Source: a virus
Taxonomy: Duplodnaviria; Caudoviricetes
IMG/VR virus record: IMGVR_UViG_3300028048_000038
Coordinates: 224,001 to 288,000 of that record
Direction: 5' to 3' (one strand)
Length of the DNA: 64,000 nt
The position numbers were made by a program, and so were the translations under genes. Below, piece by piece: positions 1 to 10,208 of the stretch. Every line of letters begins with the position of its first letter. Position 1 is the first letter of the stretch. Below the pieces are notes generated by a model. That model saw nothing but the letters and a program-made list of their open reading frames with translations, made no database searches and had not been told where the DNA came from.

Positions 1-1
1 A

Positions 2-970
2 GTCAAGGTTCATTGGTATTTGATAACACCAAACACCATCACTATCGATAAGTCTGTTTCCTTGTATTTGATAACTTTCAACTAATCCATCGACTGTCTT
101 ACGAATCATTTCAATAGTACCTTCACCAGCCACTAATTGATTATTCATACCGTTATCTTCATCTGGAGCACACTTATGCCCAATAGCATTAGCATCATTA
201 TCTGAAACAATAGAACCCATGAATATACAAGTTGGCTCGAACTTATAATCAACTTGCATATCGCATCTTGTAATCGCTGCGATACCGTTATTTATGTCAC
301 CCCAAAATGGATATACAAATATGCTCTTATCTTGTGAAATAATCTGTCTTAAGTTATCAAGATTGGTACTTTCCTTGAATTGGTTTGCATTATCAAATTC
401 AGTTATATTATAACCTTTATAGATAAAATCACGTGGTTTTTGTGACAAAATACCTATATCTGAAAGGTCTATATCAGTATGAACTTGCTGTGAACCAGTA
501 GGTACACCGAATATCATGTAGTCACCAGCTTTATTTGTGACTGTTGTGTACTTCCAATATTTTTCATAGACCTCAAGATATGTATTATCATCCAATAAAA
601 GTCTTTTACTAGGAAATGTTCCAACAATCCTATAACACTCGTCATCGCTATAATCTGGTAACAAATTATATCTAATGTTATTTCTATCCTTTGTTGTTAC
701 ATCTTTATATGGATAGATATTTTCAATTTCAGTGGTATCGGTTGTGTCTCTTTCAATAAACACAGATACCTTTGCATTTGGAATTCCAAATGCATCATTA
801 GCAAGAATTCTTCCAACTATAACGCCATAGTTGGAAGAATGTAATTTATAAGCATCCTTCTGTGCAAGTTTCAATGACAAGACTTCAAGAAAATCAAAAT
901 CTTGTTTCATATTTACATTGAGAACTGTGTCACTAGATATATTTGTATGTATTCTATATGATTTTTCCAT
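2..970 (-). CDS. Large conserved phage protein, probably structural (partial, runs off the left edge)
   Basis: Manual translation from ATG at 970 (MEKSYRIHTNISSDTVLNVNMKQDFDFLEVLSLKL...YGVIVGRILANDAFGIPNAKVSVF...) is open to the window edge; co-oriented downstream of the baseplate genes; missing from the ORF track because it has no stop. Confidence 0.75.
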   Translation of the reverse strand, partial: MEKSYRIHTNISSDTVLNVNMKQDFDFLEVLSLKLAQKDAYKLHSSNYGVIVGRILANDAFGIPNAKVSVFIERDTTDTTEIENIYPYKDVTTKDRNNIRYNLLPDYSDDECYRIVGTFPSKRLLLDDNTYLEVYEKYWKYTTVTNKAGDYMIFGVPTGSQQVHTDIDLSDIGILSQKPRDFIYKGYNITEFDNANQFKESTNLDNLRQIISQDKSIFVYPFWGDINNGIAAITRCDMQVDYKFEPTCIFMGSIVSDNDANAIGHKCAPDEDNGMNNQLVAGEGTIEMIRKTVDGLVESYQIQGNRLIDSDGVWCYQIPMNLD

Positions 971-973
971 AAA

Positions 974-1210
974 TTATCTCATATATTTTGACATGAACTC
1001 TGGTAATACTATTGGTTCACTATTTTTGAAAATCATTTTATATAACGCAATAAAAACTAGTGTTGGAGTTACTACCAAAGCAATTAATATTGCAATGGCA
1101 AATAATATACATCTGTATGTGTATCGATAACACTTTTCTAAAAAAGTCTCATTCACTGGGACACCATATTTATCTTCTATTTCTATCTTCTTTTTACAAT
1201 TACAAGCCAT
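974..1210 (-). CDS. Small membrane protein with N-terminal MACNCK motif
   Basis: One hydrophobic segment (CILFAIAILIALVVTPTLVFIALY); packed tightly in the operon. Confidence 0.7.
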   Translation of the reverse strand: MACNCKKKIEIEDKYGVPVNETFLEKCYRYTYRCILFAIAILIALVVTPTLVFIALYKMIFKNSEPIVLPEFMSKYMR

Positions 1211-1228
1211 AACACTTACATATTATCA

Positions 1229-3217
1229 TTAAACACTTTTACAACGTATTCTTATATCATCACCATCTGGGTTCTTAATCTCCCACATTGAATTGAAGTC
1301 ACTATAGAGCACCTTTTGGGTTGCGTCCAAATCCAATTGTTTCTGTCCGCTAAACAGTGACTCTTGAGCCGTATCACAACTGTTACCTTCTACTATCGTT
1401 GGAAGAGGACAAACATCTGTGCTGTATCCATTGCCACTGAGCGTATAGATTCTAAGGTTAATAATGCTTATGACACCATCTTGCATGTTGATTTCCTTTT
1501 CCAAATCACCAACAAATATATCCTCGCCCATATCGTGCTTGTTAACACTGAAATATTCAGAGATATTTGTTATGACATTTGATATTACATTGGCTGCATT
1601 ATAGTTCTTATCGATGAACAAATCAACAGCAACGCCAATATTATAGATTCTTCCACTCCTAATCTCAATATAATCATTTATCTGCTTATAGTGAGACATG
1701 TACTCAATTGTGTTATTTACTAGAGTTTGAGGTAGCAATGATGTAAGTTTACCATCGCCATCCAAACCAAGCATGTCAATTTCTATCTTATTGTTAGTTT
1801 CGATAACGCTGCTTCTGAATGGAGCACCATATTTAGGCGGCATCTGCATTAACTTAATCTTATAATCCTTTACAGTTACGGCACGATTCTGAGAAGAAGT
1901 ATTGTACTTCATAAGCGCCTTGATTTCCTCAGTTGATGGCTCATTCTTACCAGCCAATGCTGTTGAGATGTTAGTAACCTTCATGGAATTGATAACATCA
2001 CCTCGTATACTACCGTTAGTTCCTTCAGTATTACCCCAATCTATATTTGCTATTGTAAGTTTATTGATAGAACCAGGCCCTAAATTAGTGGATACACCAC
2101 CCCCTACTCTATATAGGACGAACATAGTCCACCCTTCTTTTGGAAGAATACCTAACATATCGTTGTTTATTATCTTTGAAGCAGCATACTCACCATATTT
2201 GGTAGTGCCAGTTGGAACGCTGTCATAAACGTTTCCAGCACCAAATATTATCTTCATATACCCATTATCAGTAAATTCTGTAATGAATTTTTGAGTTAGT
2301 GGTTTCCATTTACCACAATAATATCTAGTTGTTCTAGTTGATGTGCCACCACTGCCTTGTGTGACATCTGTATATACATCTGGATTGTATATATCCTTAA
2401 CAACATTGTTATCAACCTTATTGAATTCACTGCCAAATCTCCATTGGTCTGCCAACGAATCACATTCAAAGAAACGGTATGTCATAACAGCTTCCTTGGT
2501 TATTCTATATTCTTCAGAATCAATATAATATTCATATATCTCAGGATTCTCATTAAAATCAGAACTCTCCTTAAATATAATTGATTCGATGTTCATCACA
2601 TTAGACTCTGGCAACACAAATTCCATAAATGGCTGTAAATCACTTGAATATATGACTTTCTTATATACTTTGGTATTACCATTGATTACAATGGTAGATT
2701 TTGTGACGGTATATCCAGTTATGTTACCATTATTATCTCTAGATGGAACAATCTTTCTGTTCGAATAGCCATCACTATTGAACTGTTGTTTGAAATCTAT
2801 ATTCTCAGTAAGCTCAAAGTTATAGGCGCCAGCAGAAACAATACTAGTTCTCTGTAATATAGGGGCATATCTCCAATCTGGCAATGATATATTATCAGAA
2901 CTAACTGGCAATTCACAACTAATTTCAACTTCACAAGAAGATGCTTTGCGTCCAGGGATTTTCAAACCATTGGTTCTTGCCATATTCAATACAGTACTTC
3001 TAAGATTCGCACTATCAATATTTGTCTCTTGATACTGTCTGTCGATATGATAAGAAAGTGAATCGCCTACGTCAGAAACAAGGTCAATCATCCAAGAACC
3101 AATGCTTGAATCATTGAAGTCATCAAATAACTCAGGATAGTATTTATTGCTAAACTTTATCAGCTCTTCTTTAATTGATTCAAAATCACGAGCTAAATAA
3201 TTAATCTTACGATTCAT
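1229..3217 (-). CDS. Baseplate wedge subunit (T4 gp6 / baseplate J-like)
   Basis: N-terminal YLARDFESIKEEL...DSLSYHID...ETNIDSA, later RAVTVKDY motif; downstream of the gp25-like gene. Confidence 0.85.
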   Translation of the reverse strand: MNRKINYLARDFESIKEELIKFSNKYYPELFDDFNDSSIGSWMIDLVSDVGDSLSYHIDRQYQETNIDSANLRSTVLNMARTNGLKIPGRKASSCEVEISCELPVSSDNISLPDWRYAPILQRTSIVSAGAYNFELTENIDFKQQFNSDGYSNRKIVPSRDNNGNITGYTVTKSTIVINGNTKVYKKVIYSSDLQPFMEFVLPESNVMNIESIIFKESSDFNENPEIYEYYIDSEEYRITKEAVMTYRFFECDSLADQWRFGSEFNKVDNNVVKDIYNPDVYTDVTQGSGGTSTRTTRYYCGKWKPLTQKFITEFTDNGYMKIIFGAGNVYDSVPTGTTKYGEYAASKIINNDMLGILPKEGWTMFVLYRVGGGVSTNLGPGSINKLTIANIDWGNTEGTNGSIRGDVINSMKVTNISTALAGKNEPSTEEIKALMKYNTSSQNRAVTVKDYKIKLMQMPPKYGAPFRSSVIETNNKIEIDMLGLDGDGKLTSLLPQTLVNNTIEYMSHYKQINDYIEIRSGRIYNIGVAVDLFIDKNYNAANVISNVITNISEYFSVNKHDMGEDIFVGDLEKEINMQDGVISIINLRIYTLSGNGYSTDVCPLPTIVEGNSCDTAQESLFSGQKQLDLDATQKVLYSDFNSMWEIKNPDGDDIRIRCKSV

Positions 3218-3220
3218 ATA

Positions 3221-4135
3221 TTAATGTCTTTTAATTTCATTTATTAATAAATCTTTATTTGTATATACGCCATCATATTCAAATGTTGAATAATATAGTA
3301 AGAAGATGTTATTTTTCTCACATAGGATTTTTTTCTTTTTATCTCTTTCAATTCTTTTTTCAAGTCCTCTCTCCCCACCAAAAAAATCGACAACCTCAAA
3401 ATGTTGTATACCTTGGCACTCTATTGCTGCGTTATATTCTGGCAGATAAAAATCCAAGTGTTGTTGTCCTAGCCAATCAAATGTTTTTTTGTGAATATAA
3501 TTAATGCTAAGTTTATCCAAAAATACTCTAATTTCTTTTTCCAAACTACTCTCTGAACAAATTGGGCAACCACATCCTCTCAAATGGTGATGTGGTGTTT
3601 GTAAAAACTCTCCGTGTTTAGGACAAATAATACAAACATTTGTATCTCTATTAATGTATTTTACTTTTGAATAATCATACTTATTGTCATGGATTTTTAT
3701 AGCCTCTGCAATGAAATTTTCTTTTGTTTTTCTTTGCTTATTGTGGCTTGAAATCTGTCCGCATTTTTTACATCCATGACCATTTAGTAAATGATATGGC
3801 TTAATCTCAAATTTTCCATGAATAGGACAAATCAATTTAATCTTTGTATGCATACCAATATAATTCACTAAAGAGTAATCATATTGTGGAAAAATTGTTT
3901 TGGCTTTTTCAATAAAATGTTCTTGAGAAATAAGTTTCTTTTTACTCCTAGTCTCTATTCCACATTTTCCGCACATATGTCCACTTAGAAAATCGTTTGG
4001 TCTTATCCAAAACTCTCCGTGTTTTGGGCATATAATACATACTTTAGTTTTATTGTCTTTATATTCAACTTTTGAATAATCGTATTCTTTGTCTTGAACT
4101 AATTTGGCTTTAACAATGAATTCCTCTTTAGTCAT
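3221..4135 (-). CDS. Free-standing homing endonuclease: 3 CPxHG/CxxC zinc repeats (DUF723-like) plus Vsr/PD-(D/E)XK-like C-terminal nuclease
   Basis: Repeats YDYSKVxY...KVCIICPKHGEF...HLxGxGCxxC; C-terminal DFYLPEYNAAIECQGIQH; AT-richer than neighbours; sits between the gp25 and gp6 genes. Confidence 0.75.
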   Translation of the reverse strand: MTKEEFIVKAKLVQDKEYDYSKVEYKDNKTKVCIICPKHGEFWIRPNDFLSGHMCGKCGIETRSKKKLISQEHFIEKAKTIFPQYDYSLVNYIGMHTKIKLICPIHGKFEIKPYHLLNGHGCKKCGQISSHNKQRKTKENFIAEAIKIHDNKYDYSKVKYINRDTNVCIICPKHGEFLQTPHHHLRGCGCPICSESSLEKEIRVFLDKLSINYIHKKTFDWLGQQHLDFYLPEYNAAIECQGIQHFEVVDFFGGERGLEKRIERDKKKKILCEKNNIFLLYYSTFEYDGVYTNKDLLINEIKRH

Positions 4136-4524
4136 TATACTCGTACTACTATACTATCATTAGTTGTTTTATTTCCTTCTGAAACACTGTAATCCAATCT
4201 TACATATATCTCAGCTTCATCCTCTTCATTCTTAACCACTTGTATATTGTTAAGAGTTATGTCCCTAGACCATCTTCTTACAGATTCACTAACCTCATTT
4301 TTAACAGCTTCCCAAGTGATATTCTCATTTGGGTCGAATATGAACTTAATGAGGTCTGTTCCAAACTCTGGATTTCTGATTCTTTGTCCCTTTGGTGTAA
4401 AGACAATATGCATCAGCTCACTTCTAGCCTTGTCTTTAGTGCTACCATTGGCGTTGACAAAAAAATGTTGAAACCCATCACTGCGAAATGGATATGTTAT
4501 GCCAAAGTATTGTTTCTTGTTCAT
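4135..4524 (-). CDS. Baseplate protein, gp25/GPW family
   Basis: TPKGQRIRNPEFGTDLIKFIFDP is a typical gp25 motif. Confidence 0.9.
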   Translation of the reverse strand: MNKKQYFGITYPFRSDGFQHFFVNANGSTKDKARSELMHIVFTPKGQRIRNPEFGTDLIKFIFDPNENITWEAVKNEVSESVRRWSRDITLNNIQVVKNEEDEAEIYVRLDYSVSEGNKTTNDSIVVRV

Positions 4525-4586
4525 TTGAAAAATGTTTTATATAAGTATTTAAAAAATAAGTTTTTTTATCTAAAAAATAAATAAAA

Positions 4587-4611
4587 AAAGTGCAAGACCA
4601 ACTTGCACTTT
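4587..4611 (-). terminator. Rho-independent terminator
   Basis: AAAGTGCAAG-accaa-CTTGCACTTT hairpin, U-tract on minus strand right after the peptidase stop. Confidence 0.75.
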
Positions 4612-5238
4612 CTATTCTATAATTGTCCATATTTCTGTGAAATAATTGAAATCATCATATTCTAGAAGAACATATCCACTCTCCCCAAAATTCTTACCCC
4701 AAGAATTCCTTATGATGAATCCCTTGTCATTATAGCCTACAATTGAGATGGCATGCCCACCTTGGAATTCTGAATAATCATTCTTCTTCCAAAATTGCCA
4801 TTTCCTATCGTCATATACTAGCAATCCACCAACACATGGGCCATTCATTATCAAAGCTTGTTTTAATGCCAATTCAGAAGGAATCTTAGCGTATCTGTTT
4901 ATCTTGTATATACCACTTTCGGTTTTAACGCCTTCATGTCTCAAGAAATAAAAAGCATCCTTAAACGACATCCCATCATTACTCTCGTTGGTTCTGTTAT
5001 TGAATATCTGCATAAGGTCAACCTTATTATCACGATGGTTGTCACCGTCTGATAGGTTCTTATTCCAATTTATATAGGCTGAAACTGAGCAAGGAACACA
5101 TATCGGCTTCTGACCTTGATTAATCACGTCAGGGAGAAACTTCTTATATGAATATTCCTTTGGTATATCAAAATCCTTAAACTCATTAAATTCTTGTTCA
5201 CTACCATCTATCTTAGATGCTACAAATCCATAATTCAT
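4612..5238 (-). CDS. Papain-like (C1) cysteine peptidase
   Basis: NQG...ICVPC (Gln, Cys), GGHAISIVGY (His), IRNSWG (Asn). Confidence 0.9.
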   Translation of the reverse strand: MNYGFVASKIDGSEQEFNEFKDFDIPKEYSYKKFLPDVINQGQKPICVPCSVSAYINWNKNLSDGDNHRDNKVDLMQIFNNRTNESNDGMSFKDAFYFLRHEGVKTESGIYKINRYAKIPSELALKQALIMNGPCVGGLLVYDDRKWQFWKKNDYSEFQGGHAISIVGYNDKGFIIRNSWGKNFGESGYVLLEYDDFNYFTEIWTIIE

Positions 5239-5240
5239 AC

Positions 5241-5576
5241 TTACTCAACAATTATTCTTTTAATTATTTTTACACTATCATCCATAGTATCTTCTGCCCT
5301 ATATACAGACTCAGTAAGACTATCCCTCTTCATGTACATGAATAATGAAACCCTTTGATTAGACTCATATTCCTTAAGTCCAAGGAATTTCCAATCAGAC
5401 AACTTCCTTGGCAAAGTGTCTGCAATACACAGAGAATCAAACTGCTGCATTGAAAATTTCTTATTTATAGAATTTAACATTGTATTTCCAACATTCTCTT
5501 CTCCACCATTAGTAGTTATCTTATAAGAGCACCCTAGAATGGTAAACGCAAATAAAAGATAAAGTATTTTTCTCAT
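5241..5576 (-). CDS. Putative lipoprotein
   Basis: Signal peptide with lipobox MRKILYLLFAFTILG-C. Confidence 0.7.
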   Translation of the reverse strand: MRKILYLLFAFTILGCSYKITTNGGEENVGNTMLNSINKKFSMQQFDSLCIADTLPRKLSDWKFLGLKEYESNQRVSLFMYMKRDSLTESVYRAEDTMDDSVKIIKRIIVE

Positions 5577-5607
5577 AGTTCTTTTTACTATAAATATAAA
5601 AAGGTGA

Positions 5608-6102
5608 CTATTTAGCCACCTTTTTCTTACAAAATAACTTCGTTATATCTTCGAAATCAATTTTTAAAACACCATCCTCTAATTTATTATGCACTAACTT
5701 AAACAGTTTCTGATTCGTAGTTTCTTTATCCAAACCGCCTAAACTTTCGTCATAATGTCCTATCTTGATATAATCAAACCATTTAAAATTTATGTTTTTA
5801 TAGAAATTATCCATTCCACTATACCAACCAACCTTAAGTTCTCTTATCTCGTGAACATATTCTGCCAAAGTGTTTATTGCTTCTGGAGTAGCATCACCTC
5901 CCATAAAACATACTGTTGTGATACCATCGTTCTTGTCAATCAGTCTATTTAACTCATCTATCGTAAGTTCTGTACCTACATCTTCCCAAAGGAACTTTGA
6001 ATGACAACCCTTACAGTGACACGGACAATTCGTTATGTTAATCGCCAACGTTATTTCATTCGGTATTTCCTCGAATACCACCATTGCATTATAATACTTC
6101 AT
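5608..6102 (-). CDS. nrdG: Anaerobic ribonucleotide reductase activating radical-SAM protein
   Basis: CPCHCKGC (CxxxCxxC), VCFMGG, DYIKIGHY...TTNQ; start placed at the TAATG overlap at 6102. Confidence 0.9.
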   Translation of the reverse strand: MKYYNAMVVFEEIPNEITLAINITNCPCHCKGCHSKFLWEDVGTELTIDELNRLIDKNDGITTVCFMGGDATPEAINTLAEYVHEIRELKVGWYSGMDNFYKNINFKWFDYIKIGHYDESLGGLDKETTNQKLFKLVHNKLEDGVLKIDFEDITKLFCKKKVAK

Positions 6103-6335
6103 TATCTCTTCGTTATATAATCCCAATTAGAATCTTTAATATAAAGTCCACATTCACATTTATTTCTCATTGTGTAATCAGTGCAAGGACAGTGCAAATC
6201 TTTGCCCTCATAGTCCTCAGAATCGTGTATACAAGGACATATACCCTCACATTTCTCACACCTCTTAAGAATTGCATTCACAACCTTATCATTTGGGTTA
6301 AGAACCCAGCCTTCTTTCCTATATATTTGTATCAT
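6102..6335 (-). CDS. Ferredoxin:thioredoxin reductase catalytic-subunit-like Fe-S protein
   Basis: LNP...CPC-x13-CPC-x8-CECGLY matches the FTR/FDR CPC...CPC...CxC signature; start moved to ATG 6335 because the ORF extension overlaps a hairpin. Confidence 0.8.
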   Translation of the reverse strand: MIQIYRKEGWVLNPNDKVVNAILKRCEKCEGICPCIHDSEDYEGKDLHCPCTDYTMRNKCECGLYIKDSNWDYITKR

Positions 6336-6356
6336 ATCAATTGTCTTTAGATTAAA

Positions 6357-6388
6357 ATTGGGTACTGCGAGAGTACCCAATCTTTTTT
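6357..6388 (-). terminator. Hairpin/terminator directly after nrdD
   Basis: ATTGGGTACT-gcgag-AGTACCCAAT with T/A tracts on both sides. Confidence 0.6.
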
Positions 6389-8580
6389 TATTCTTCATTA
6401 TAATGTCTCATATGTTCTTCTACTTGTCTTGCTTCGTTGAAAGAGCTTACACGTTTCAAGTAGCCGATAATTCTAGTTAAGTAGTCAACGTTATGGCTTC
6501 CACACTTAGGGCAAACCTCAAGGGTATCCTTGCTTATGTATCCACAATCGTTACATACTGTGTTCTTACAGTTGAATGTGAAGTAACTACAGCCATATTC
6601 TGAAGCGACTCTTAGCAACTGTCTGTACTGGTCAAATGAAAGATGCTCATTGATGTTCAAGTGTGCTGCTTGTCCTCCATCAAGATACTTCACATAGTTG
6701 TTGCCATGTAGCTTCATCTTATCAAGGATTGAAAGCTCTGTATCCTCTGGATTGAAGAAATAGCTACTGTACATCACGTGCTTTGGTGATACGTAGTATC
6801 CATCTTTCTTATCCCAATTATAGTTCTTGTTTGAAAGGTTCTCACCTGGAACGAACTCAGTATTGTACATACAATCTCTTGTCTTATCTTTCTTGTTAGA
6901 AATGTTGATAGTCTCAAGAATTAAGTTTACAAACTCCTCATACTTGTCGTTAAGGTTTGTGTCAATTGACAAGAACTCTGCTGCATCTGTAAGACCATTC
7001 ACACCGATGGTTAGATACTGTTTCTTCATGTTGATGAATCCAGCTCTATAGATGTCAAGCATATTAGCGTTAAGGAAGTCCTTAATAATCTCATTGAATG
7101 CTCTCTGGTACTTGTGTACCCTCTCGGTCATATTAGTGATACCGTTTGAGATATATTGATAAAGTAGTTTCTTATCCTTTACCTTGTCAATATCCACTTG
7201 TTGACCTTCTTTAAGGATGATTCCTTCGTATTCCTCGAAATATTCTCTTGTGGCATTCTGTATTACACGGTTAAGGTTAATTGTCATAACTGACTTAGAA
7301 CCAGTTGCAACAGATGCTGTACCCATTGAGAATTGGTGTGTTGTGTGGTTGTGTTCATCGTCTTCTCCGTCCTTAAGAGAGTTTCTGAGTCTGCAACAAG
7401 AACTCAAAGAGTCTGGTGAGTCACTCAAATAGCAGAAGAATGAATGTCCCTCAGACCACATTTCTGCTGTAAAATCGGCATATTCCTTGTCAACAACGTC
7501 ATGTCCATCAGTAAGCATGGCCATTGTCTCTACTGGGAATGTTAATACATATTTGGTTCTTTCCTCATTGAACCACTTCATGAATTTCTTCTGAAGCCAA
7601 GATAGTGTTTCCCACTTTGGTGCTGTTCCATCAGGGAACTTGAACTCTCCAAATACTCCATCGAAATAGTTTTTATCAAAATAGCCAACGTTCCAGAATA
7701 CGGTTTGGTATCCTCTGTTACCAGCTGGCATATTCATAGAGTGTACTACTTGTTGGAATGCATTCTCTATTACTTGTTCAAGTGTTCTACCCTTCTTGTT
7801 TAGCTCAACTTGCTTATCAAGTATTGTGAGATAATCATCGCCATAATCCTTTCTTATAAAGTAGTCCATATACATAAGGAACTCTGGGGTGGCAACTGCA
7901 CCCATGAATTGTGAAGATACTGAATAAACGAGATTGATGAATTCACCACAATATGATTTAAGGTCTGTTGGTGCTTTAGATTGTCCTCCAATTTTAGTTA
8001 AACCATCGATGAGGAATGGATACATTGTGATTGCAACGCAATATGGGTATCCTGGTGTTCCACTTTCATCGTGTTTGTACAATACATGTGATTCGAGGTC
8101 TTTAATGTATTGGTCTGCAAGCTTCTTAGTGTACAATACTTTGATTTTATTCTGCATAATGTACCTATTCTGCATGATGTTCTTTCCCTTATGTAACTCT
8201 TGACCCAACGTTACAACGTTCTTATTCTCAACGTTTGCGTTGGAATCGTACTTAGAACCTGTTGATGCATTTGAAGCGTTAATGTAATCCTTTATGAAGT
8301 CGCTATCCTTTTTAAGAGTACTGCTCTTTCCTTCCTTTTCCTCATACTTCTTTATATACTCTCTAGCTACCTTCTTATTTACAGACATAAGGGCTTCCTC
8401 TACTTGTCTTCGTATCTCATTAGAAGATATTTTATCGTAGATAAACAAGTTTCTAATTAAAGACTCAATCAATCCATCAGGACATACTTCACCAGTTGCT
8501 GCATACGCTTCACAGATTCCATGTTTCACCTTCGAAGGGGCATATTCTTCGAAGGAACTATCGCTCTTTCTTACTTCCAT
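6388..8580 (-). CDS. nrdD: Class III (anaerobic) ribonucleoside-triphosphate reductase with ATP cone
   Basis: ATP-cone-like N-terminus, YPYC, SSCCRL finger loop, CxxC...CPKCGS zinc site, glycyl-radical RIIGYL. Confidence 0.95.
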   Translation of the reverse strand: MEVRKSDSSFEEYAPSKVKHGICEAYAATGEVCPDGLIESLIRNLFIYDKISSNEIRRQVEEALMSVNKKVAREYIKKYEEKEGKSSTLKKDSDFIKDYINASNASTGSKYDSNANVENKNVVTLGQELHKGKNIMQNRYIMQNKIKVLYTKKLADQYIKDLESHVLYKHDESGTPGYPYCVAITMYPFLIDGLTKIGGQSKAPTDLKSYCGEFINLVYSVSSQFMGAVATPEFLMYMDYFIRKDYGDDYLTILDKQVELNKKGRTLEQVIENAFQQVVHSMNMPAGNRGYQTVFWNVGYFDKNYFDGVFGEFKFPDGTAPKWETLSWLQKKFMKWFNEERTKYVLTFPVETMAMLTDGHDVVDKEYADFTAEMWSEGHSFFCYLSDSPDSLSSCCRLRNSLKDGEDDEHNHTTHQFSMGTASVATGSKSVMTINLNRVIQNATREYFEEYEGIILKEGQQVDIDKVKDKKLLYQYISNGITNMTERVHKYQRAFNEIIKDFLNANMLDIYRAGFINMKKQYLTIGVNGLTDAAEFLSIDTNLNDKYEEFVNLILETINISNKKDKTRDCMYNTEFVPGENLSNKNYNWDKKDGYYVSPKHVMYSSYFFNPEDTELSILDKMKLHGNNYVKYLDGGQAAHLNINEHLSFDQYRQLLRVASEYGCSYFTFNCKNTVCNDCGYISKDTLEVCPKCGSHNVDYLTRIIGYLKRVSSFNEARQVEEHMRHYNEE

Positions 8581-8765
8581 TAAAGCAAAACTTTATTTGT
8601 TCATTAATTTATTATTTTCGATTCGGTTAACCATTAATTTTACATCTGATGTTAAAATAAATATGGAATTAAATCACAAAAAAAACATCAAAAATTAAAA
8701 AAATTGGTCATCAAAATTGCAACTATCTGATAACCAACTTATACTAAAATGAAAAAATTTTTTTT

Positions 8766-10172
8766 TTATTTTTTCTCATTTCTAACGCTCATAAAAATCT
8801 CTTTTTGTGTATTTAGTCTTATATCTTCTTGCTTCTTTTTAAGCTCGAACAAACTATCCAATTCATCAACATTATCAGTACTTATACGACATGTTCCGTT
8901 ATTGAATTCTACATTATTAAAGACCTTTCCACTCTTTCCCGCACGATTTTTGAGAATAGCTATTGTTGCTTTATTATTGGCTATATCATCCACTGTTCTT
9001 GCAATAGACATAATAACATGTGCAATCTGAGCTTTCTTAACCGAACCACCAATCTTATCCATTGTAACTAGTTCTAGGTTGATTGAATCTTTAGTACCTT
9101 GTGATGGAATCCAAATAGCCATATCAAGTTCACCAGCCATCGCTTCAAACCTACGCATAGTTTTACCCTCTTGTGAGAACTCATTACTCGTTGTTCTATC
9201 AGTTTCATGTTCAAGACACTCGAAATAATCAATAATCGTCAAATCTGGCTTAAAGCCACTATTAATCAGTTTCTTGATAAACCTCTCAAGTTGTCTTGCT
9301 GTCTTCTCACCACTTGGGAATTTAACAATTCTAAGATTCTCATTAAGTTTGTCCTTATCTGGAAAATTCTCAATTGTTTCCCTTACCCTATCAATATTCT
9401 CTGGCTTTGATAAATCTTTTGCTTCAATTCCAGTGATACGCCCAAGGTGTTTTCTCTGAATCTGCTTAATTCTATCCTCAAATACGATTTGTAATACCTT
9501 ATAACCGCAGCAAGCTGCATGTGAAGCCATTGCTGTGGTAAGGCTTGTCTTTCCGAATGAGGTAGGTCCAATAATAACACCTAACTCTCCCTTACCAAGT
9601 CCACCTTCTAATGCTTCGTCAATTTTTCCTATGCCTGTTGGAATTGGTATTCTATAATCATCTGACAAAGTTTCACCTATATGGTCAAAAGGTTTTTCTC
9701 CAAAATCATTGTGTATTCCTTGCGTCATGGCATCGTTTAATAATCCCACGCAAGTATCATACTTTTCCACATCGCCATTTCCTGCGATTCTAAGTATCTC
9801 GTTGGCTGTTCTGACAATATTTTGTTGTCTAAAGAACTTCTCAGCCAAGTCCTTTATTCTATCCACACCGTCACTTGGGGTATTCTTAACTTTTTCAATA
9901 ATTGCGAGATATGTTTCAATCTCTTTTTCAGAGTGTGAAATATCTCGCAATTCAATCTCCATCATATCATACGATGGTACGTTACCCTCTCTTTCGAAAA
10001 AGTTCTTCATTACACCAACAAATGTCTTGAGGTTTGGGTCGGTAAACATGTTTTGGTCTATGATACTGCTCAAATCCTCAAAGAAAGTGTGGTTTTCCAT
10101 GAACTCATGGGTGAGCTTATATTGAAATTTCTCACCTAGGAATCCTAAATCTTTTTTATTATTTTGAGCCAT
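8766..10172 (-). CDS. Replicative DnaB-like helicase (T4 gp41-like)
   Basis: Walker A GPTSFGKTS, Walker B IIDY, LKNRAG; start placed at ATG 10172. Confidence 0.92.
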   Translation of the reverse strand: MAQNNKKDLGFLGEKFQYKLTHEFMENHTFFEDLSSIIDQNMFTDPNLKTFVGVMKNFFEREGNVPSYDMMEIELRDISHSEKEIETYLAIIEKVKNTPSDGVDRIKDLAEKFFRQQNIVRTANEILRIAGNGDVEKYDTCVGLLNDAMTQGIHNDFGEKPFDHIGETLSDDYRIPIPTGIGKIDEALEGGLGKGELGVIIGPTSFGKTSLTTAMASHAACCGYKVLQIVFEDRIKQIQRKHLGRITGIEAKDLSKPENIDRVRETIENFPDKDKLNENLRIVKFPSGEKTARQLERFIKKLINSGFKPDLTIIDYFECLEHETDRTTSNEFSQEGKTMRRFEAMAGELDMAIWIPSQGTKDSINLELVTMDKIGGSVKKAQIAHVIMSIARTVDDIANNKATIAILKNRAGKSGKVFNNVEFNNGTCRISTDNVDELDSLFELKKKQEDIRLNTQKEIFMSVRNEKK

Positions 10173-10208
10173 CAAAAAAACCACTCTTTGAAATCTGTTA
10201 TTTTCCTA

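Noticed and set aside
8581-8765. NrdR box or riboswitch upstream of nrdD
   Set aside because: Only weak AT-rich palindromes; no recognisable consensus
6388-10172. Introns or inteins in nrdD and the helicase
   Set aside because: Both ORFs are continuous, of normal length and lack intein or LAGLIDADG motifs
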